Shown here one piece after another: positions 1-8,529 of a stretch of DNA of 52,448 nucleotides; the first letter of the stretch is position 1, and every line of letters starts with the position of its first letter. The stretch is from a virus (Duplodnaviria > Caudoviricetes): positions 1 through 52,448 of IMG/VR virus record IMGVR_UViG_3300036852_000332, one strand, 5' to 3'. The notes beneath the pieces were generated by a model that worked only from the letters and a program-made list of their open reading frames with translations, did not search any database and was not told where the DNA came from. The translations under genes and the position numbers were made by a program.

Positions 1-117
1 ACCCTGCCCCTCGGCGGCGACCCGTCACGGCTCGATCTCGGCCACACCGACGACCGCACTGGCTACGAGGGACTGACCCACGCCGCGTGCAACCGCGGCA
101 ACCGCCGAGCGACGTGA
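1..117 (+). CDS. HNH endonuclease, C-terminal fragment (terminase-associated)
   Basis: Frame 1 reads TLPLGGDPSRLDLGHTDDRTGYEGLTHAACNRGNRRAT*; the DLGH...H..CNR motif and the position just before TerS are typical; truncated by the window edge. Confidence 0.75.
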   Translation, partial: TLPLGGDPSRLDLGHTDDRTGYEGLTHAACNRGNRRAT

Positions 118-208
118 CCGGTTTTTGTTTAGATCGCTGACCGGCGCCGACCCGCTTACCACCGCGCGCGGATTCTGTACGGTTCGGACAAGTGCCCTAG
201 TAGGAGCG

Positions 209-616
209 ATGCCGCAGCCGCCGAAGTTCGACACCAGGCGCCGCAACCCGCGGGCTGGGCCGGTGCAGCTCCCGGCCGAGGGTCGCCGTGGTCGGCCGCC
301 GGTCTGGCCGCTTTCAGCCTTGCCCTCAGCCGAACAGCGGGCACTCTGGGCCAAGTTGTGGCACACCCCGCACGCGGTCGCGTGGGACCGCCTGGGCTGG
401 ACCCGGGTCGTCGCCCGCTACGTCCTGGTCGTGCTCGAGGCCGAAGCCGAGCTGGACGCCAAGGTGCTCGCCCAGGCGGTCGTGCTCGAGGACCGGCTGG
501 GCTTGACGCCGAAGGCGATGCGGCTGCTGCTGTGGGAGATCACCAGCGATGAGGTCACCTCCCAGCGTCAGGCCGGCGGCCGGTACGCCGGCCTTGAGGT
601 CGTCGACGCCGGCTAG
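209..616 (+). CDS. terminase small subunit
   Basis: AGGAG RBS before ATG 209; W..LW.TP.A..W and EDRLGLTPKAM..L.W motifs; directly upstream of TerL. Confidence 0.8.
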   Translation: MPQPPKFDTRRRNPRAGPVQLPAEGRRGRPPVWPLSALPSAEQRALWAKLWHTPHAVAWDRLGWTRVVARYVLVVLEAEAELDAKVLAQAVVLEDRLGLTPKAMRLLLWEITSDEVTSQRQAGGRYAGLEVVDAG

Positions 617-2180
617 GCTGCCGTCGCTGGGCTGGGAGCTGCTCGAGTGGCTCTCCGACGTCCTGCCGTCGCCGTCGGACCCGGAAGCGCCGCTGGTGTT
701 CACCCCGGAGCAGGCGGCGCTGATCGTGCGCTGGTACGCCGTGGACGACCGCGGCCGGTTCCTGTTCCGCCGTGGCTGCTCCCGGCGGTCGAAGGGGTGG
801 GGGAAGAGCCCGGTCGAGGCGGCCAAGGCGATCGCCGAGCTTGCCGGCCCGGTCCGTTTCGACGGTTGGGACGCTCAGGGGCAGCCGGTCGGTCGTCCCT
901 GGGGGACGATGGGCGATCCGCCGGCGTGGGTCCAGATCGCCGCGGTGTCGGAGGACCAGACCGACAACACCTACGGCGCGCTGTACGAGTTCCTCGGCGC
1001 CAACAACGGCCACGCCGCCGAGGCGCTCGGGATCGACCTGGGCCTGACCCGCTGCTTCCTGCCGGCGTTGCGGGGCAAGCTCGAGCCCGTCACCGCCGCG
1101 GCCGGGTCGCGGGAAGGACAACGGGTCACCTACGCCGTCTGCGACGAGACCCACCTGTGGACGCCGCAGAACGGCGGCCTGAAGCTCGCGCGAACCTTGC
1201 GGCGCAACGTCGCCAAGATGCGCGGCCGAAGCTACGAGACGACCAACTCGTTCGCGCCCGGTGAGCACTCGGTGGCGGAGGGCACCCACCGGGCCTGGCT
1301 TGAGGGTGCCGCCGGGTTGTTCTACGACGCGGTCGAGGCGCCCGAAGTCGCAGAGACCGACCCCGACCCGGTCCTGAAGCAGGCGCTGACCGTCCCGTAC
1401 GGCGACTCGACCACCGAAAAGGGCGGCTGGGTCGACCTGGACCGTCTTGTGCTCGAGGTCCGCGACCCGGAGACGACCTGGGAGGACTCCCAGCGGTACT
1501 ACTTCAACCGCAACGTCGACGACCGGCACCAGGCCGTCGCGGAGGCGGCGTGGCGGGCGCTGGCCCGCCCCGACGTGGTCGTGCCAGCCGGGGCGTACAT
1601 CGGTGCCGGGTTCGACGGCAGCATCTCGGAGGACTGCACCGCCCTGATCGGCTGCGTCCTGCTCGACGGCCGGCCACATCTGTTCAAAATCGAGGTGTGG
1701 CACCGGCCGCCCAAGGCGCCGCCGGGGTGGCGGATCCCCCGCCTGGACGTCCGCGCCCGCATCGACGAGGCCCACACGTATTGGCGGGTCGGGCAGCAGC
1801 TGTGTGACCCGGCGAAGTGGGCGACTGAGATCGAGGACTGGTCGGAGACGTACAACACCGCCGACACCGACCGGATCGTGGTGCTGGACACCAACCAGCC
1901 GGGCCGGTTCTGGCGGCTGTGCGACCGGTTCTCCACTGCCGTTGCCGAGGGCGCGGTCACCCATGACGGCTCGCCGGAGCTGGTCGACCACGTCCTGGCG
2001 ATGCACCGCCGCAAGGTCCGCGTCCGCGACCCTGACGATGACGGCCGCACCAAGTTCGTCTTCGTCAAGGGCCCCGACGCCAGGAAGATCGACGCGGGGA
2101 TCGGCGCGGTCCTAGCGCTCGAGGCGGCGATGACGATGCCGGCCGACGACGACTACGACCCCCTCGAAAGCGTCTACTGA
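549..2180 (+). CDS. terminase large subunit
   Basis: Walker A-like RSKGWGKS, Walker B VCDETH, nuclease motifs GFDGS..D and KIDA; start uncertain (TTG 594 possible). Confidence 0.92.
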   Translation: MRSPPSVRPAAGTPALRSSTPARLPSLGWELLEWLSDVLPSPSDPEAPLVFTPEQAALIVRWYAVDDRGRFLFRRGCSRRSKGWGKSPVEAAKAIAELAGPVRFDGWDAQGQPVGRPWGTMGDPPAWVQIAAVSEDQTDNTYGALYEFLGANNGHAAEALGIDLGLTRCFLPALRGKLEPVTAAAGSREGQRVTYAVCDETHLWTPQNGGLKLARTLRRNVAKMRGRSYETTNSFAPGEHSVAEGTHRAWLEGAAGLFYDAVEAPEVAETDPDPVLKQALTVPYGDSTTEKGGWVDLDRLVLEVRDPETTWEDSQRYYFNRNVDDRHQAVAEAAWRALARPDVVVPAGAYIGAGFDGSISEDCTALIGCVLLDGRPHLFKIEVWHRPPKAPPGWRIPRLDVRARIDEAHTYWRVGQQLCDPAKWATEIEDWSETYNTADTDRIVVLDTNQPGRFWRLCDRFSTAVAEGAVTHDGSPELVDHVLAMHRRKVRVRDPDDDGRTKFVFVKGPDARKIDAGIGAVLALEAAMTMPADDDYDPLESVY

Positions 2181-2192
2181 GGAGTTGGCGGT

Positions 2193-2363
2193 GTGCGCGA
2201 GGTCCTCACCACCGCCCTGGACGTCCTGGGCCTGCTCCTGGTCGCAGCCGGCGCGGCGGCGGCGGCCGCTGCGGTGATCGGCCCAGGCCCGGCCCTGGCC
2301 GTCGCCGGGGTGGTGGTCCTGGCCGGTGCGTGGCTCGGGGACAAGCTGGGCGGTGAACGGTGA
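2193..2363 (+). CDS. small membrane protein (56 aa, two hydrophobic helices)
   Basis: GAGGAG RBS, GTG start, GTGA overlap with portal start; common TerL-portal spacer gene. Confidence 0.7.
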   Translation: MREVLTTALDVLGLLLVAAGAAAAAAAVIGPGPALAVAGVVVLAGAWLGDKLGGER

Positions 2364-3562
2364 GCCTGTTCCGCGCACGACGCGACCATGCCGGCGCGAC
2401 CGCGAACGAGCTGATCCCGCCACGGCAGGCGCAGCGGGCCGGGACGGTCGCGGTCACCTCGGACGTGGCGATGCGGCACTCGGCGGTGTGGGCGTGCCTG
2501 CGCCTGCGCGCCGACCACGTCTCGACGATGCCGGTCGACTGCTACCGCGACGTCGGCGGCGTCCAGGTCGAGGTCCCCAAGCCGCCCGTGCTGGTCAACC
2601 CGGGCGGGGAACGGGTCGGAATACAAGAGTGGCTGTACAGCTCGCAATGTGACCTCGACCGGGCCGGCAACGCGATCGGGATCATCACCGAACGGTCCGG
2701 GTTCGGCTCCGGGACCGGCGCCGGCATCGGCCTGCCGGCACGGATCAACCTGGTCCCGTGCTCGGAGGTGTCGATCCGCGTCACCAAGGGCGAGATCGAC
2801 TACTACCGCATCGGCCAGGAGAAATATCAGCCGCAGGACGTGTGGCACGAGAAGCAGTACACCGTCCCGGGCCTGCACGTCGGCCTGTCCCCGGTGGCGT
2901 ACGCAGCGTGGTCGATCGGGGAGTACCTGTCGATCCAGCAGTTCGCGCTTGACTGGTTCTCGGGCGGCGCGCACCCGTCGGCGATGCTGCGCAACACCCA
3001 GAAGACCCTCCTGCCGAAGGACGCCAGGGAGATCAAGGAGCGGTTCAAGGCCGCCGTCGGCGCCGGGGACCTATTCGTCACCGGCGCCGACTGGGAGTAC
3101 CAGATGCTCCAGGCCGAGCAGGCCGGCTCCTCATGGCTCGAGGCGAAGGGCGCCAGCAACGCGGACATCGCGCGGTTCTTCAACTGCCCCGGCGACCTGA
3201 TCGACGCCGCGGTCCAGATCGGCGGGCAGATCACCTACCAGAACATCACCCAGCGGAACCTCCAGTTCCTGGTGATGAACCTCGGCCCGACCGTCGCCCG
3301 CCGCGAGCACGCCCTGTCCAAGCTGCTGGCGCAGCCCCGGTTCGTGAAGCTGAACGCGGGGTCGCTGCTGCGGATGGACCCGCAGACCCGCGCGCAGGTG
3401 CTTGCCGGGCAGATCGCCTCGCGGCAGCTCGCCCCCTCGGAGGCGCGGGCGCTGGAGGACCGGCCGCCGCTGACCGAGGCGCAGATGGCCGAGTTCGACC
3501 GGCTGTTCGGCGCGCCGAACACGACCACGACCACCGCGACCGCAGGAGCTGCCGCGCCATGA
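2360..3562 (+). CDS. HK97-type portal protein
   Basis: SAVWACLRL.A, GLSPV, IARFFNCP..L and EARALED.PP motifs; synteny. Confidence 0.93.
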   Translation: MSLFRARRDHAGATANELIPPRQAQRAGTVAVTSDVAMRHSAVWACLRLRADHVSTMPVDCYRDVGGVQVEVPKPPVLVNPGGERVGIQEWLYSSQCDLDRAGNAIGIITERSGFGSGTGAGIGLPARINLVPCSEVSIRVTKGEIDYYRIGQEKYQPQDVWHEKQYTVPGLHVGLSPVAYAAWSIGEYLSIQQFALDWFSGGAHPSAMLRNTQKTLLPKDAREIKERFKAAVGAGDLFVTGADWEYQMLQAEQAGSSWLEAKGASNADIARFFNCPGDLIDAAVQIGGQITYQNITQRNLQFLVMNLGPTVARREHALSKLLAQPRFVKLNAGSLLRMDPQTRAQVLAGQIASRQLAPSEARALEDRPPLTEAQMAEFDRLFGAPNTTTTTATAGAAAP

Positions 3563-4362
3563 CCGACCGTGCCACGCTGCTCGCCGCCGCCGCCGAGGCC
3601 CGCGCCAAGGCCGCCGAGGCCCGGTCGCTCGAGGAACTGCCCGGCGGCGTCGCCCGCCGCGACGACGTGCTGGCGCCGATGCCCCGGTTCCCGTCGACGT
3701 TCCGGGCCGAGCGGGCCAGCAAGGACGGCCAGGACTACTACCTGGTCGAGGGCTACGCCAGCGTGTTCGAACAGCCTTACGAGATGTGGGACTGGGCCGG
3801 CCCCTACAACGAGGTCGTCGACTCCGGCGCCGCCGACGTCACCCTCGCCGCCGGTCCCGAGGTCGTCTACCGCTTCAACCACGCCGGCACGCCGATGGCC
3901 CGCACGACCAACGGCCGCCTGGAGCTGTGGGCCGACACCGGCCTGGGCGACCGCGCCTGGCTGAACCCCAAGCGCGCCGACGTCGAGGAGCTCTACACCG
4001 CGATCACCGACAAGGACGTGACCGAGCAGTCGTTCATGTTCACGATCGTGCGGGGCTCCTGGTCGCCGGACTACACCGAGTACCGCATCCTCGAGTTCGA
4101 CCTGGACCGCGGCGACGTCGGCCCGGTGACCTACGGCGCCAACCCCCACACCTCGGTCGCCGCCCGAAGCGGGCAGATCCTCGCGGCGCTGCCGCAGCTG
4201 CCTGTCCTGGCCGCCCGCGAAGCCCTCGACCTGCTCACTCACCGCACCGACCTCGCCCAGCCTGCTCCGCCGCCGGCAGACCGAACCGGCGGACGGGAGC
4301 TGGCCAAGGTCGGCCGGTCCGTCTCCCTCGTCCTGGCCGAGCTCGCCCTCGACGAGGACTAG
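3559..4362 (+). CDS. HK97-family prohead protease
   Basis: VEGYASVF, FNH, QSFMF and VGPVTYGANP motifs; ATGA overlap with portal stop. Confidence 0.9.
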   Translation: MTDRATLLAAAAEARAKAAEARSLEELPGGVARRDDVLAPMPRFPSTFRAERASKDGQDYYLVEGYASVFEQPYEMWDWAGPYNEVVDSGAADVTLAAGPEVVYRFNHAGTPMARTTNGRLELWADTGLGDRAWLNPKRADVEELYTAITDKDVTEQSFMFTIVRGSWSPDYTEYRILEFDLDRGDVGPVTYGANPHTSVAARSGQILAALPQLPVLAAREALDLLTHRTDLAQPAPPPADRTGGRELAKVGRSVSLVLAELALDED

Positions 4363-4449
4363 CAACCCCACCTCCGCTTCACGCACCGCACCGGCAGACC
4401 GAACCGGCGTGGTGGTTCCAGGCGCGCGAGCCGGCAGACCGAACCGGCG
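4273..4449 (+). repeat. three 19-bp direct repeats CCGGCAGACCGAACCGGCG
   Basis: Exact copies at 4273-4291, 4391-4409 and 4431-4449. Confidence 0.95.
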
Positions 4450-4524
4450 GCGGAGCAGGAACGGCCAGCGGAACCGTTCCGCCACCCCGCACAGGGGTGG
4501 CACGCCGAAAGGACCCCACCCGTC

Positions 4525-5967
4525 ATGCCCAGCATCGACGAGCTGATCGCCACCATCGAAGTGGAGCTGGAAGGCGCCACCAAGCGGCGCGACAAGGCCA
4601 CCGCCGAGACCAAGGCCATCGTCACCGTCGCCCAGTCCGAAGGCCGCTCCAACCTCACCGAGGAAGAGGACGAGCGGATCACGCAGCTCCGTGAGAGCCG
4701 CGAGCGCGCCAAGACCGACATCGAGGGGATCAAGGGCAAGCTCGCCCAGGCCAACCGCATCAAGGCCGAGGAGCTCGAGGTCGAACGGCAGGCCAAGGAA
4801 ACCACTCCGACCAAGGCCGCGACCCGGACCCCGAAGCCCTACGACGAGCTGGCCCGCGTCGGGCAGGAGGAGCGCGCCTACCACCCCGGCAACGACCGCA
4901 AGGGCGCCCAGTTCATCCGCGACGTCGCCCGGTCGTTCCTCTACAACGACATCCAGGCGTCCGAACGCCTGGCCCGGCACATGCGCGAGGAACGCGTCGA
5001 GCGTGCCCAGCACATGGAGCGTGCCGCCGGCACCGGCGCGTTCACCGGCCTGGTCGTGCCCCAGTACCTGACCGACCTCAAGGCCCCCGCGATCGCGAAC
5101 CTGCGGCCGTTCGCCAACATCTGCAACAAGCACGACCTGCCCGCCGACGGCATGACCGTCAACATCTCCCGGATCACCACCGCCACCTCGGCCGCGTTGC
5201 AGGCCTCGGAGAACACGGCCGTGTCGGAGACCAACATCGACGACACGCTGCTGACCGAGAACATCCAGACCGCCGCCGGGCAGCAGACCCTGTCCCGGCA
5301 GGCGATCGACCGCGGCACCGGCATCGAAGAGACCGTCATGGACGACCTCTTCCGCCGCTACGCCACCGTCCTCGACTCGACCCTGATCGTGCAGGCCACC
5401 ACCGGCCTGTCCGCGGTGGCGCAGTCCACCGCGTTCACCACCGCCACCCCGGCCTTCATGTCGGCGACCGCGGCCGACTCGCTCTACGGCAAGATCCTGT
5501 CGGCCGCGTCCGGGGTCGAGGCGGCGCTGCTCTCCTACGGCGCTCCCACCCACGCGGTGATGCACTCCCGCCGCTGGTACTGGATCCAGTCCAAGGTCGC
5601 CGCGGTGTGGCCCGGCGTCGCGCAGCCATCGATCCCGACCCAGGCCGGCGGCGTCAACACCGCCGCCGGTTACGACCAGGGCGCCCGCGGGGTCCTGCCC
5701 AACGGCCTCCAGGTCATCGTCGACAACAACATCAGCACCGCCAACGGAACCGCGACCAACGAGGACGAGATCTACGTCGTCCCAAGTTCGGAATGTCACC
5801 TTTGGGAAGATCCCTCGGCCCCTGTCTTCATCCGCGCCGAGCAGGCGGCTGCGGCATCCCTCGGCGTGCTGCTGGTGCTTTACGGCTACTTCGCCTATTC
5901 CCTGCGAAGGTACACAAATGGGATGGGCAAGGTGAACGGAACGGGCCTAACTGTTCCTACCTTCTAG
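4525..5967 (+). CDS. major capsid protein (HK97 fold, N-terminal coiled-coil delta domain)
   Basis: Charged helical N-terminus, GLVVPQYL motif, 480 aa, follows the protease. Confidence 0.92.
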   Translation: MPSIDELIATIEVELEGATKRRDKATAETKAIVTVAQSEGRSNLTEEEDERITQLRESRERAKTDIEGIKGKLAQANRIKAEELEVERQAKETTPTKAATRTPKPYDELARVGQEERAYHPGNDRKGAQFIRDVARSFLYNDIQASERLARHMREERVERAQHMERAAGTGAFTGLVVPQYLTDLKAPAIANLRPFANICNKHDLPADGMTVNISRITTATSAALQASENTAVSETNIDDTLLTENIQTAAGQQTLSRQAIDRGTGIEETVMDDLFRRYATVLDSTLIVQATTGLSAVAQSTAFTTATPAFMSATAADSLYGKILSAASGVEAALLSYGAPTHAVMHSRRWYWIQSKVAAVWPGVAQPSIPTQAGGVNTAAGYDQGARGVLPNGLQVIVDNNISTANGTATNEDEIYVVPSSECHLWEDPSAPVFIRAEQAAAASLGVLLVLYGYFAYSLRRYTNGMGKVNGTGLTVPTF

Positions 5968-5992
5968 ACAACTAGGACAAGGGACCTCGGGG

Positions 5993-6550
5993 ATGCGGCT
6001 GTTGCGGTCCTGGCCGGCCCGCATCCCCGAGGGCCGCAACTACGTCACCGATTCCATCGATCGTCTTGTCATCTCCAACCACGACTACCGCCCGCTCGGC
6101 GGCATCGACGACGACGTCCTCCTGCTCGAATGGGACATCGCTGTCGACCTCGAACAGCTCCAGGCGTTCGCCGAGCGGGCCCGCGAGAGGACCGGCCGGG
6201 TCCTGGTCGCGCCGTACCGGATCCCCGCGGACCTGTACCACCTGCCGGCGCCGTGCTGGGCGCACCGCCGCTGGGACGGCACCGGTCAGGGCACCGTCGT
6301 CCCCGAAGGCGCCCGTCCTGTCGAGACCGGCGATGCGACGTGCAACCTGTTCGGCCTGGGGATGTGCTACCTGCCCCGTGCCCTGGTCCGGCGGTTCCTC
6401 GCCGACGGCTACGCCACGCACTTCGGCGACAAGGAGTTCTCCATGTGGCACTACCAGCGGGTGACCCGTGACGTGCCGATCATGTGGGCGGTCCGCCCGG
6501 TGCACCTCAACTACCTGATCCCCGACCTCGAGGAGGCCCCGCGTGACTGA
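5993..6550 (+). CDS. putative GT-A-fold glycosyltransferase-like protein
   Basis: VLLLEWDI (DxD-like), FGLGMCYLPR and D.EFS segments resemble GT2 cores; short and divergent. Confidence 0.5.
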   Translation: MRLLRSWPARIPEGRNYVTDSIDRLVISNHDYRPLGGIDDDVLLLEWDIAVDLEQLQAFAERARERTGRVLVAPYRIPADLYHLPAPCWAHRRWDGTGQGTVVPEGARPVETGDATCNLFGLGMCYLPRALVRRFLADGYATHFGDKEFSMWHYQRVTRDVPIMWAVRPVHLNYLIPDLEEAPRD

Positions 6551-6842
6551 CGAGCTGCCCTACCAGCAGGGCAACCAGGTCCGCCAGCTGTTGAACGAGC
6601 GCGCCAACGCCGAGGCGTACGGGCAGGCGACTCGCGTCGAGGCGGTCGACAAGCAGCTCGCCGAACTCGGCTACAAGCGCCCCGCGCAGGCCGAGAAGGC
6701 CGCCGCCGCGGCCGAGGAACGCGCCGCCGCCGCCGTCGCCGAGACCGGCGACGAGGAGGAGGCGCGCTCCAAGGCGCCAGAGGGCCGCACGACCCGCGCC
6801 AAGGCGACCACCGACCAGGCCAAGGCCGAGAAGAAGGGCTGA
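6543..6842 (+). CDS. hypothetical helical protein (post-capsid)
   Basis: GAGGAGG RBS; L..ER..Y...RV..VD.QL..LG pattern. Confidence 0.7.
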   Translation: MTDELPYQQGNQVRQLLNERANAEAYGQATRVEAVDKQLAELGYKRPAQAEKAAAAAEERAAAAVAETGDEEEARSKAPEGRTTRAKATTDQAKAEKKG

Positions 6843-7067
6843 GTGCGGTTGACGACGACCGATGTAACTCTGCATCTCGACGCCGACGTCCAGGTTCTCA
6901 AACTTGAACCTGGCGATGTGCTGGCTGTTACCCTGCCAGCCCACACTCCGCAGGACGTGGTTGAGGCCATGGCGCAGAAGGTCAGGGCCCGGTTCGACCC
7001 GCTCGGCGTGCCGGTGGTCGTCATGGCCCGTGATCTTGAGTTGAGCATCATTCGTCGCGCGGAGTAG
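6843..7067 (+). CDS. hypothetical protein with atypical codon usage
   Basis: Fills the gap exactly; many A/T-ending codons. Confidence 0.6.
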   Translation: MRLTTTDVTLHLDADVQVLKLEPGDVLAVTLPAHTPQDVVEAMAQKVRARFDPLGVPVVVMARDLELSIIRRAE

Positions 7068-7074
7068 CTGACGC

Positions 7075-7626
7075 ATGCCGGCGGGGTTCGCCACCGACAA
7101 GGTCGCCCTCGGCTACCTGCCGACCTACCTCGGCCTCGCCGCCCGGATCGGCACGTGCGGGCGGGTGTGTGAGGTCGGCGTCCAGGCCGGCTACTCCCTG
7201 GAGCTGTGGCAGGCGCTGTTCCCCGATGGGCTGGTCGTCGGCGTCGACCACAACCCCAACGCGGTGTGGCCCGACGGTGCCATCCGGATCATCGCCGAGC
7301 AGGATGACCCGGCGTTGCCCGCCCTGCTCGCCGAGCAGGGCCTATTGGCCAATCGTGCCTGGTTCGACCTGATCGTTGATGATGCCTCCCATCAGGGCGC
7401 GCTGACCCGGGCGACGTGGGGGCTGCTGTGGCCGCTTGTCCGGCCGGGCGGCTGGTACGTGATCGAGGACTGGCAGGTCGGCTTCGACGGCGTCGGCTGG
7501 GACGTCTTCGACGACTCGATGCTGGACATGGCCCGCGACCTCCTCGGCCTGCTGAAGTGGCCCGACGGCGACGTCGCGCAGGTCACCTACCGGCATGGCA
7601 TGATCATCCTCGAACGGAAGGCGTGA
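7075..7626 (+). CDS. class I SAM-dependent O-methyltransferase
   Basis: VCEVGVQAGYS, VVGVD, FDLIVDDASH and PGGWYVIED motifs. Confidence 0.85.
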   Translation: MPAGFATDKVALGYLPTYLGLAARIGTCGRVCEVGVQAGYSLELWQALFPDGLVVGVDHNPNAVWPDGAIRIIAEQDDPALPALLAEQGLLANRAWFDLIVDDASHQGALTRATWGLLWPLVRPGGWYVIEDWQVGFDGVGWDVFDDSMLDMARDLLGLLKWPDGDVAQVTYRHGMIILERKA

Positions 7627-7628
7627 GG

Positions 7629-8162
7629 ATGCACCCTGAAGCGCGGCAGTTCGTCCACGACACCCTGCACGGCCAGTTCTTCGGCCTGGTCGTCGAGGTC
7701 GGCGGCCGCAACATCAACGGCGGCGTCCGGGGCTTGTTCAACTACCAGGAGTATCTGTCGATCGACCTCGAGCCTGGCCCTGGGGTCGATGTCGTCGGTG
7801 ACTGCCGGGAATGGTCGCCGCCGTGGCCGAACGGGGCGGACCTGGTGGTCTGCTGCGAGGTGCTCGAGCATTCGGACGACCCGGCCGGGGTCATCGCAGC
7901 CTGTGCCGGCTACCTCGCCCTTGGCGGCCGGCTGCTGGTGACGTGCGCGGGTCCGGGCCGTGAGCCCCATTCCGGCCATGATGGTGGTCCGGTCCGCGAC
8001 GGCGAGCACTACGCCAACATCGATCCGCCCGCCCTGGCCCGCTGGCTCCACATCGCAGGCATCCAGGGCAGTTTGATCGAGTATCACGCGGGCGCCTGCG
8101 ACGTGTACGCCACCGGGACCTTCTCCGACGTCCGCGCGGCGGTGGCCAAGCCGACCACATAG
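7629..8162 (+). CDS. class I SAM-dependent methyltransferase
   Basis: VVEVGGRNING, YLSID, DLVVCCEVLEH and LALGGRLLVT motifs; start at ATG 7629. Confidence 0.85.
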   Translation: MHPEARQFVHDTLHGQFFGLVVEVGGRNINGGVRGLFNYQEYLSIDLEPGPGVDVVGDCREWSPPWPNGADLVVCCEVLEHSDDPAGVIAACAGYLALGGRLLVTCAGPGREPHSGHDGGPVRDGEHYANIDPPALARWLHIAGIQGSLIEYHAGACDVYATGTFSDVRAAVAKPTT

Positions 8163-8278
8163 ACGCCGGCCGAACCGGCCACGTAGACGCACCGGCCGGG
8201 CGCGGCTGGAGCCGGGAACCCCGCGCCAGGAGTCCGGCGCGGCACGCTCGCCGCGCCCGGCCGCGCCCGCAGGGGCGG

Positions 8279-8497
8279 TCAGTCCTCGGCGACCCACACG
8301 GTCACCTCGGCCGCGACCGCGCCGCGCAGCAGCCCGACCAGCCGCCGGTGGGCCGCCGCCAGGGCCTGCAGCTCATACCGGCGGGCCGGGTCGTCCGCAG
8401 CTCGGCGGGTGGCCTGGTCGGCCGCGGTCGCCGCGGCGATCAGGAGCGTGTCGAGCTGGGCCTGAGAAAGCCGGACCGTCCGGCTGGTCGCTTTCAT
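8279..8497 (-). CDS. small antisense hypothetical protein (moron-like)
   Basis: GGAGG RBS before ATG 8497; fills an intergenic gap. Confidence 0.6.
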   Translation of the reverse strand: MKATSRTVRLSQAQLDTLLIAAATAADQATRRAADDPARRYELQALAAAHRRLVGLLRGAVAAEVTVWVAED

Positions 8498-8529
8498 CCC
8501 TCCGACTGTTCCCACGACGTCTGCGAGGT

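Noticed and set aside
4273-4449. Repeats as a mini CRISPR array
   Set aside because: Only 19 bp, unequal spacers (99 and 21 nt), and no cas genes
5782-5967. Recoded gene ends as DGR variable regions
   Set aside because: No reverse transcriptase or template repeat seen; changes look synonymous rather than adenine-specific
7075-8162. Methyltransferases as a restriction-modification system
   Set aside because: No DPPY/NPPY or PCQ motifs; they resemble small-molecule O-methyltransferases
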